Shown here: positions 1 through 9,800 of the stretch, one piece after another
Layout of the letters: each line of letters opens with the position of its first letter
Position numbering within the stretch: the first letter of the stretch is position 1
Origin: Ancylonema sp.
Lineage: Eukaryota
Direction of reading: 5' to 3'
Assembly (NCBI GenBank): GCA_050230475.1
Contig: JBFLGF010000225.1
Location: 49,865-69,864, forward strand
DNA length: 20,000 nucleotides
Translations under genes and position numbers: made by a program
The notes under the pieces: generated by a model
Told to the model about the DNA's origin: nothing
Seen by the model: only the letters and a program-made list of their open reading frames with translations
Databases searched by the model: none

Positions 1-772
1 GTGAGCGTGGACTGCTGCCTAGTGCGAGCCAACGACCACAAGGTGGCGTATCTGCTGCTCTCCTCTGCGACTTCTACGCACGTCGTGGGAAAGTAAGGGG
101 AAGGGGGGCGGGGGGGGGGCAGACGGGTAGTGTTAGGAGGTGGTGGTGAGGGAGGGGAGGTCAGATGGGTGTGAAATCTGGACACGGAATGATGTGATGG
201 GATCGATGATTTTTGGGTGATGTCATTTCTAGTATTCGTTTGCTACGGTTCTTTAGGAGTGAGGGGTGAAAGGCTAGAGACGTTAAATGCGTTCTTGTTT
301 GTCAAGATAGAAGGGGGCTGATGTGGATTCAAGGGATTACTCATGGTGTTGCCGTTTTGCCGTTTTGCCGTTGTTTTGGGGCAGTACTGCATTCGCCACT
401 TTCAAGAGTGTGTTCCTTTTTCCGGGCGTGTTCGAGTCCACCCGAGCGACAACCGAGGTGATCATATCTCTCACCGCCGTCGAGCGCTCGAACCCAACTC
501 AAGGCGGCGGAGGGTCAACCCCAAATGTCGTGCAGGCTCGGAGGGGGGGGGGTGCGGCAAGGGTGAGGGGGGACCGGGGGTGGGGTGGGGGGGTGGGAAG
601 AGGAGTAAGAAGAGGGGGCCAGGCGGGGGGTTCAGGGGTTGGGGAGAGAGGGTCGATAGAGTGTGATTTGACGTTGGGGGAGTTGGGGTTTGAAGTGAAG
701 CTGGAGGTTTTGAAGGGTGTGGGGAAGAGATTTGCGTCGAGGAGAGAGTTGGAGTTGTTGCACTGGAAGTGA
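1..772 (+). CDS. 3' part of a spliced gene, probably a plant-type F-box protein C-terminal domain (At5g39250-like); 5' end lies outside the window
   Basis: Exons <1-92 and 385-772 joined by a GTAAGG...GCAG intron (93-384) with matching phase 2 (AA|T = Asn). Spliced product: VSVDCCLVRANDHKVAYLLLSSATSTHVVGNTAFATFKSVFLFPGVFE...LELLHWK*. The 'R-x-x-D-x-KVA' segment and terminal 'L-x-x-L-x-WK*' recall At5g39250-like F-box proteins, from memory only. AATAAA at 915-920. The exon structure is more secure than the family call. Confidence 0.6.
349..372 (+). repeat. 8-bp tandem repeat (TTGCCGTT)x3
   Basis: Read directly; ends 12 nt before the exon starting at 385. Confidence 0.8.
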
Positions 773-2754
773 GGACGTATTTGTGACTGTATCCCGACAA
801 GACTGGGTTTGCAACTGTATCGTTGCAAAAATGTGATGTAGGTGAAGAAGTAGAAAGAGGGGAAAGTGTGGGAAGGGAAAGCCGTCGTATTTTATTGAAT
901 GGGTGCTAGTGAAAAATAAATCAGGTCTTTATTATAGTTGAAAGGGAACAAAATGGAGTTTTGTGGACTCGTTTGTGTATATATCAGGATTTTGCGCAAA
1001 AAATATTATCTCCAGATAAGAGTTTAGTGTACATGTACATAGAGCAGGGTTGTGGAGGACTAGGCTAGAGGGAGTGCTACGAGCGGTTGACTCTTTTTCT
1101 GTTATCATTACATTGGTGTGCCCGATTTTGTACATACTAAACAAATGTTGGCACCCGTTTTGTCGATTCGTGGAAGCAATTTTTGCAATTGTCTCACTTG
1201 AGAAAAGTGAGCTCTCTTTTGCGAGAGCGCAAGTTTGTATGAGGCGTTGTGATCGGCATGAATAACCTTGTGTAGATTGTTAACTCCAAGGAAATATTAC
1301 ACAAGAATGCATTGGAATTATTGAAGTGCGTAACTACAATTGCACAAATTGAAATGTGGTAGAAGGCTGCCATTTGGCTGGTTACACTCCCGACAATGGT
1401 GTGAGCATGCCACACGTGTGTGATTATCTACTTGATGTCATGCGCCTAGGTGGCTAGCTAACACATCGCGATGAGAAAATTGTGTTTGTAAACTCCAAGA
1501 AGTCCCACTTGCTTTCCACTTCCTTACACAATAATACAATGCGGCTCTCTGAGCTCAAGGCGCTCGAAGAAGACACAGAGTGTGCACTCTCGATTGAATG
1601 CATGAGTGTGGGTCTCTTTTCCAACTAAAAAAATGATTCCCACAATAAAGCGATCGATGAGACAACATCGTGCTCCATCCCTCACATGCATTATACGACG
1701 TTAATCTGTCGCCAAAATGACCAAAATATACCGACATGACAGTCATAATCTGAATGTTGCTTTACAAAATGGTGTGTAGGTATACAAAAAGACACATGAT
1801 TACTTGTAATTCATTTTTGTAAACCACCTTAAAACAACATGAGTGCATGTATACGCATGAATTTGAATACACTATATTGCCTCTTGGAAGATGTTTTGGA
1901 ATAACCGGTGAATTGCTCGGGTTCCGAACGCATTTGAATCAATTGACTGTTCGCAAATGTATTGGTGCCATCATGTGTAACTCGTCTCTCACCATTGCGT
2001 GATAAGTTCCGTTCATTGTCGATGGAAATAAATGTTTCAAACAATGTGTTGTTGCCAACTGGTGCCTAAATGTGTCGGAATCTAAGACAGATGAAAAACA
2101 TACCACATGCCAATCGTGTTATTGTTGTGGAAATCGTTGTTGTTTTCTTCGTTCTATTCACCCCGGTTCTCATCTGACGTCGAACAGATTCTCCATATCC
2201 AGCGTGCTTATAACGCAGGGGTGTCTGTGCCCGTAGCGAGCATATTTTGGCGGTGGCTAATCAGTTCCCAATATTTTGGTGACAAAATCGTCGACCGATG
2301 CACCAAGTAAGTTACATGTGGTGACGTATAGGCGTTACATACGTAACGCCTGTTGCTTACAAAGATTAAAGACACGTCTTTTCTCACCGAACGACGGGTG
2401 TCCCTATACAAAAGAATACCACCGCTGACGCCAAATTCCCGCCAAAATACAATCCAGAAAAAACTGAACTGCGAGGCATCCGGTGCATTTCTTGTACAGA
2501 ACATCATAATTTGCATTCCTTCCTAGACACTCTACAGATTGACAGCCCCCTACATGCCGACACCCTGCGGAGACACGACGTCAAGATAGCTCGTCCCGAA
2601 GAAGTTCATCATTCCAGAATCCGGTTGGACAATCCAGCCGTAACACAGTCGTCTCGCGAGGTGATATTTTTGTTCTGTCGCATACTATCCTCTCGCCTTG
2701 CGACTTGAGAACAACATTCTCCTATTCGTCTAGTGACACAATATTTCTTGGCAC

Positions 2755-5549
2755 ATGGCTCTTTCCTGCGGCCCCCTCCCACAAGGGGCTTCCATTCCAC
2801 TGTCATATGGTCCAACTTTTGGGCAGCATCACTATAGTCTCATGGAAGTCGAGGAGGACATGCTGAAGGAGTTGCTGCAGCATGGGTGAGTCATTGCTTC
2901 GATTTTTTCCCGTCACAGTCAGTACGTTTTTGTTTGAAGCATTACTTTCATCTTTAAAATAATACATTGGCGAGCAGAACAAGCTGAGGCCTGCGAGGTG
3001 CGGACACATCTCACCAAATTGGTGGTGGTATGTCAGACAGAAAACAGCAGCACTTCTACAGATGGGGACGTGATCTGCGCGATTAACGCTGGTTACTGAT
3101 ACGCAAACAATGTTTCTGTAAACAATTCAGACAGGCGTGCCTGCATTGTGATCAACCTCGGAGCCAACGATTTTGGATTCAATGTTCACTCTCGGTCTGC
3201 TATCTGCGGTCCTAGCTCTGAGTCTTGTTGTATTCTGTTACTGTGCAACATTCTGCGTTCGTTACAACGATCCATGGCCAAAGAATAAGGACCAGCGTTT
3301 CGTATACCGAGAACATTCTCGATATGATTGAAAAGCAACCCAGCAACAGCAACGCGAGAAATTCAATGACTCACCTCATTCATTGACAGTGCAGATTGCA
3401 GTTCAAGGTGTCTCCCCAAGAGGACAGTGTGCTGTGCTCTGCTTCTCACACCTATGCCCTGCGACTGGTGGAAACCACAAACACACTCCTGCTGGCGACG
3501 GGAAGTGGTGTCACCACCACAGAGATACAGGTATTGGACGAGAGATTTGTCTGTGAAGTATCCTTTACAGTTCACAACAAGCTCTAGCAAAGGAGAGAGG
3601 GAGAGTTTGGGAAGGAGACGGGGGGAGCCTGAGAGGTTGACTAATACACTGGCGGAAAAGAGCTGTGAAGTGTGAAGCATAGAGCACACACAGAATATAA
3701 TGTCACTGATAGAATCTAGAATGGTCCAATAAAGGACCATTCTAGATGGTCCGGAGGTAGAACCGGGATCTGGTCACAAATATGATATACAGTGCAGGTA
3801 TTGTAGAAACGAGATTACCGATTCTGATCAGTACCGATTTCGATTCCCATGTGACTCATTAGAAGGAAAGAGTTGTTGTTGCCTCCAATTCTCTTGAAGA
3901 GCATTTGGGATGTGTCAAAGGAAGATAGTGCAGACGTACATGTCACAACCAGCTGTCTGTATCCACTCAACCTGGGTAGGACTGCTGATGACTCGCACCA
4001 TTCAGGAAACTGAGGTGTGGCGGGACTGTAATTGAGGGGAGGTGCAGGCTGAAGGCAGTGTCTCTGGCCACATGTCACTCACACAAACAGCGCCTCGCCT
4101 CGACCAATTACGGCGCCTGTTGCTTGAGAATCCGTACACCCAAGCAGATGAAGATCAACCAATGGCAGCAGGAGATGACGCGGGCAGTGATGATGCTGGA
4201 CCGTCAGGGAGGGCAGGTGGCAGTCAAGGAGGGGCAGGGGTGGGGACGTCAGAAGAGACAGGTGGCAGGCCTTCAGGAGAGACACCTGGCAACAGGTCGT
4301 ACAGCTTCCACGACCTGTTACAGAATGTCCAGGCCAGCGAGGCGGAACTGAGGGAGGGCTTATCTGATTTGAACTGTGTCGAAGTCGATGGAAAGTGGCG
4401 CATGGTGGATGAGGAATACGGGGGGAAGGTTCTAGACCTCATCATACAGCTGGCAGCCATCAACGGGTGGGCCCTCACAGCTCTCCCTGAAAGAAAACTC
4501 ATCCGTTTGGCAGAAGCAGAGGGGTTCAGGGAGGCCATTGCGGTGTACTGCCTCAGGAAGTACGGACACAGGGCTGGGGTGGAGGGAGACATAGAGAATA
4601 TGGAGGTGGGATGGGAGAGGAGGTGGGGGCTGGAAGAAGACAAAGTGTGCATCCGTTTTGCGAAGCAACTGCTGACAGCAGGTGGGGGGCACATCACTGG
4701 AGTCTGTGTATCTATGTATCTGTGCCTCGAATCAGATTCACATGCACGAATCCGATTCGTACCGGCACATTCTATGGGGCTCAAACCACGTGCACGTTCA
4801 GTTCCCAATATCCCCACGTTCCCGATTCCCCTTCCCCATTTTTGCTTCACACACATCCTGCACCCGCCTGACACACCTGAATCCGCATCTGTTCGTATCC
4901 GATTCGCACGTATCCGATTCGCACTCTCGCACCCGACCGACCCCCCCCCCCTTCCCCTCTCGCACCAGGTTCTCGGTGGCGAACGGAAGACTTCATGGAG
5001 GCCTGGCAGAGGAACGCTCCGGAAGGCATGACCCCCCGACTCGAGTGGCTGCGGGGGGAGGCGGTGGTGGATCGGGTGGGATCGGATTCGTGGGTGGATG
5101 GGTACCCAGCCTCGGCTCTACCCGCAGACCCAGCCCTGCGTTTCTTGCACCTCTTCCAGAGACGGCCGCAGTGGTTGGGGGAGGAGTTGGAGCCGTATTT
5201 GAAGTGAGTGTGTAGCGCACTTGTCCCACGTCAAAGCGACCGTTTTTGCACAAAAAATGTTGCATGAATTACAGGTCGATGCAAGATAATCCGACCCTTT
5301 TTTTTTGAGCGAGGAAAGTTGTGTGCACCAGATTGTTCGCTAGCGAAAAAACGTAGCGTTGTGGTGTTCGGTGCATGATTTTTGTTGTGCTCCCCAGCAT
5401 GGATGTTTATAGCAATTTTGTTCGTTATATGGGGGGGGGGTGGCAGAGGTTTGGCGGGTCCTGGGCAGTCGTCCGAAGCCCTCATGCTCAAGTACTCCCG
5501 TCGGATTCAACCGCACGCCCAAGCGCCACCTGTCTATTGCGCGAGGTAG
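2755..5549 (+). CDS. DCC1: Sister chromatid cohesion protein DCC1 (Ctf18-RFC subunit), about 412 aa
   Basis: Exons 2755-2885, 3395-3530, 4048-4681, 4969-5203, 5447-5549; all introns GT-AG with consistent phases; 1239 nt total. Recognisable Dcc1 motifs: YSLMEVEEDML, EDSVLCSASHTYALRLVETTNTLLL, APRLDQLRRLLLENPY, VQASEAELREGL, FMEAWQ, LPADPALRFLHLFQRRPQWLGEELEPYL, LMLKYSRRIQP...VYCAR*. Confidence 0.93.
3714..3747. other. Perfect 14-bp inverted repeat with an AATAAA loop
   Basis: ATCTAGAATGGTCC-AATAAA-GGACCATTCTAGAT in DCC1 intron 2. Confidence 0.85.
4894..4923 (+). repeat. 15-bp tandem duplication (CGTATCCGATTCGCA)x2
   Basis: Read directly, in DCC1 intron 3. Confidence 0.8.
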
Positions 5550-6833
5550 CGACCTGTCCTAGCCTCGATACTAGCTAGCTTCCGTATTGTCGAACAACGA
5601 GAGAGGGAAGGAGCAGCAGATACTTGCAAGATTGCAATGTGGACAACGCTCTCTTGGTTGGTTTTTTGGTTCCAATTTGGTTGATTTATTTGTTTTGCGT
5701 TGGATGGTTTGGTTTGATTGTTTGCCTCTTGTGGCTAGTGTTGTGGGGGACATCCATGGCATGACCGATTGGTTCATAAGTAATGATTTGTCATGCACTA
5801 TAGGGTGTGGTTATCTACAAACATTTTCGGGAAAAAAGGTCTCATTTAATAGCAAAAGTGCCGATAGAGATGAGGAACTCTACTTCCAAGACGTACAAAT
5901 GTGAAGTAGTCATCTCAATTCAGCCCGTCACCAACAAAACTTGCACGCGAAAAGCATTGTTGTACATGTCTCCCGTAATTGATGTACATTCACTGTCTCG
6001 AAGCTATCCGTCCACGAAAACGATCTAGATGGCATCATTGTCTCTTTGCTGTTTGATAACAATACCTTGAAAATTGCAACATGGCTAAATTCCAATTAGA
6101 AATGTGAGAACGATGGCAAGCATGCAATGGCTTCCCTACAATACCGAAACACCCTACCACTCCATAGCACCAACAACCTACCTTAGGAACTGAAACCACT
6201 AAGGTCTTATGTCACGTAGAAGTACTTGATCCAAAACCAAGATTTCAGATGACACTGGCAGAAAACAAAGCTCATGTGAGATGGATTTGTGAAAAGCAAG
6301 AAATCTTACAGACGTTTCTCAAACAAAAAGAAGGTATGATTGTCATAATTCAATGGTTTGATCCACATCAGCACTCAAATAATTCGAGAATGGTTTATTT
6401 CCGTTAAGTGCTTTAGTAAATTACGAGTAACATTCGGGTTTGTATCTATTGAAGGAATTTCAACTGCTTCTCGAGATGCTTCAGAGACGCTACCAAATAG
6501 CTTTAGGAAAATCCGTCTCCGATAATTGTTTATGAAAACCCATCTCGTGTACCGTAACCAAAGTTATGCCTATGTACGATTTGACAAATGGTACCATTTG
6601 CACTTGTCAACAATTGAAATAATTGTTGACTAAAACGTTTCGCTTGTTCATCACATCATGGTGACAAAGATCCCCCGTTTGTTGTGCAACCTACTCCGGA
6701 TCGTGTGGGCCGCGAGTCGCCGCTACAGTATGTGCCACTCATCTTCTAGCAGGCCCCCTCCGTTTTCACACAACACCGTTGCGCAAAAACTAGGACTTGG
6801 ATGCAAAAGGGCAATCCTCCACGTCATGAGTTA

Positions 6834-9800
6834 TCATAAGTATTCATTTATGGGATTTCCATCCAATTCTCGGCGGTCAAACTCATCTTGCGTCGATTCG
6901 GCAAACTCCCGTCGGCAATCACGGAGTTGATCGTCTAATTCAGCCACAAGGGGGTGATCAAAATTGTGAGTTATCGTGAGAACCTCCAAGCTTCTCCTGA
7001 ATGCGTTGATAGCCTTTGTGAGAGTCCCAGCCACTCTGTAAATCGGTTGGGGGGGGAGGGCGGGGAGGACAACAAAGCCATTGGAAACATGTCATGGATT
7101 TGAGAGCACATGAATATGAGTATCAGCATGGAGAAACAATCGAATGAATAGCACAATAGCGAGAAGGTCAAGAAAAAGTCAAGAAAATTTCAAGAAAAAG
7201 TCAAGAAAAGGTCAAGAAAAAGTCAAGAAAAAAACATAGAGGCGGAGGGCATACAAGGAAAATGTGGTAAATCAGATGCATGGAATGGGCAAGTGGTTTG
7301 AGTGATGATAGGTAGATCACAAATTCCCTAGAGTGCCATGATGTACTTCAAAGCTATCCAACTGTCCATCTCACCGGAGTCAAGGTAAAAGGGTCAATCA
7401 ACTTTTTCCTACCCACATACATCTACCTCACATGAGAGTCGCATTCATATTGATTGAGAGGAGTTCCGAACCTCTCTAATTTCCCCAAGGCGAAATATTG
7501 AAGACCCAACAACGGCGACACCTTGCCATATGCGCCTGAAAGGCAACTCGAAAGTCAACTCAAAAGTCAACTCAAAAGTCAACTCTGAGTCAACCATCCG
7601 GAGGTCATATTTGTGGGTATGAGCACCAATGAGCGGCTGTCGAATTCTTTTGGGTGTAATGTCTCATCTCCCCCACTCACACCGCTGTCTCTCGTTTCTG
7701 CCGCTACAGTGCACTTCTGCCGCGGATCTCTGAGGCGAATATTATATGCGGCAGAAAAGTGTGACCAGAAAAAGTGGCAAAACCATGTGTGACATGTGTG
7801 TGGCAGTGAGAAGAGATATAACGCGAGTCAGTCGACACACGCACTGATGTTAATGGTCTCAAAATATGCACCCTCTTCTGCCACTTCTCCTCATTTAGGC
7901 CCCCTTGCCTTTCTGCCGTTCATAGCACTGAAACAGTGGTGGCAAAAATGGCAGAAAGGGTAGCCAGCCTATCAGTAGCGGCAGTGGATGTAAGGTGGCC
8001 AAAGAAATGGCAGAAAGGGGCGTGTAGCCTGTCAGACTGACATGTTAAAAATAAAAATAAAGGAAGAAAGGAAAGCGCCACCTGTGTATGCCGGCAGAGT
8101 GAGGTGGCAAAAGTTTAGAGCCGCAGGATAGTCTGACAGGTCCAAACACACCTGTGTTTGGACATGCAAAATAAAAAAACACGCACAAAAAAAAAAAAGT
8201 CACTATCAAAACTTATTTGTCGTAGAAGATACCATTTTCTGAGAGCGGGTCATTGCTTTTTCAAACCCGAACTGAAGTACGCATAAACGCATTGAGCGGC
8301 GAATGGTCGACCACCCGCGCGCTGCCACCTGTCACCTGCATCAGCGAATCTCTCGTACGCATGAGTGCCACCGAGTTCGGGTGCAATGCGACCTTCTGCC
8401 TCTCCTCCCCTCTCTCCAGCTCCTCCCGGGCAACCCCCAGCTCTGCACCCCCTGTAGGTCAAGGCAGAACGACAGAATGGCAGAATTGCAGAATGGCAGA
8501 ATGGCAGAATGGCAGAATGGAAGAATGGTTGAATGGAAGAAGCAGCAGGGTTTCGTAGTTGCAGAATTCTAAAAAGTGGCAAAACAGCACAATAGCTCTT
8601 CGATATGACATTGAAGACTATGGTAAGATTTTGTGGCAGTATGAAACATGGTGACTTGGCAGAAAAGGATACTGCCTTCTTTCTGCCACCCCAACCCCCT
8701 CTCCACCACTCGACTCGCCTCCTCGCCGGCCCTCTGCGCAGCCTCTTCGTTCCGCAAGCACCCGCAAACAGAGCACTGCAGCACCCCCTCGGCGTCTACG
8801 CACGAAAAACGGGCGGCAGGTGTCAGGTTACTTTTTCGATATTTTTTTTTGGTTTTCTTTTGGTGGGTTCTTTTATGTGGATTTTTTTTGTGGGTTTTAA
8901 TTTTCGGATTTTTTTTCGGATTTTTTTATGGGGTTTTGGGGGGGGGGGGTTTGGGGGTTTTGGGTGGCAGATGATGAGTGGGAGGTGGGGGATGGGGGGT
9001 GGGGGGTGGGGGGGGCGTTATCTACCTTGAGTGGGGAGAAGGGCACCAGAGCAGGAGGAATCGGAGCAATGGAAGCCTGCCAGCTCAGCGTCCTCTGTGC
9101 TGCCTCCCTCCTCCTGACCACCATGACAGGATGACAGGATGACAGGATGACAGGCAGAAGGATCAAAAAATGTGCATGGGGAAAATGAGCCGATAGAGGC
9201 AGAAAGACAGTAAGGCAGAAAGGCAGAAAGGTTCGGAAGGGCACCGATTTGGAGCAGCGGGGGCAGCCACAGGTGAAGAAGTAGTGAGAGGACAGGTGGC
9301 GTCTGCGGGCAGGGGTGCTGGACGCCACGTCAGCATAGCTGAAACACACCTGGATATAGGCACATGCCACGTCAGCATAGCTGAAACACACCTGGATATA
9401 GGCACATGCCACGTCAGCATAGCTGAAACACACCTGGATATAGGCACATGCCACGTCAGCAGGGGCGGGGGATAAATGGATGGAGGATGCGAATAGGGAT
9501 TCGGGGGTTAGAGGGGTTTGTTGTTTTGGGGTTTTGAGGTTTTGAGGGTTTGGGGTTTAGTTGATGTGAGGGATGGGGGGGCAATCCGATTTTCAAATTT
9601 AGTTGATTGGTTAAATTTCGTTATGATAACGATAATGATGGGCAGTAAAAGTATGAGTGGACATCGCGAAAAAAAGTTACAACTCGTCATGTTAGAAGGT
9701 ACTCAGATTGAATTTGTAACATTGTTCTGCACACAGAGAGCTAAGAAAAGATGAATCATTATGATAATGATAAAATTTAAGAAACCACATGGGAAATCTG

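Noticed and set aside
800..2100. Intergenic region scanned for tRNA, snRNA, snoRNA or transposon signatures
   Set aside because: No T-loop or cloverleaf, Sm-site context, paired C/D boxes, terminal repeats or transposase-like ORF recognisable by eye. A covariance-model search would be needed to exclude them.
2330..2351. 9-bp hairpin AGGCGTTAC-ATAC-GTAACGCCT
   Set aside because: Short and isolated; could arise by chance in 20 kb, with no associated element ends or RNA gene features.
4224..4874. Long antisense ORFs over DCC1 and the other genes (also 471-828 and 14859-15257)
   Set aside because: Shadows of GC-rich coding exons or low-complexity G/C runs, with no domain signal.
5547..5549. Possible TAA/TAG-to-Gln reassignment as in some ulvophyte algae
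   Set aside because: TAG ends DCC1 at the family's expected C-terminus, TAA ends the helicase-like gene, and no in-frame TAA/TAG occurs inside any exon.
9324..9461. 42-bp repeats as a CRISPR array
   Set aside because: The units are contiguous and identical with no unique spacers, there are no cas genes, and the context is a eukaryotic intron-exon boundary.
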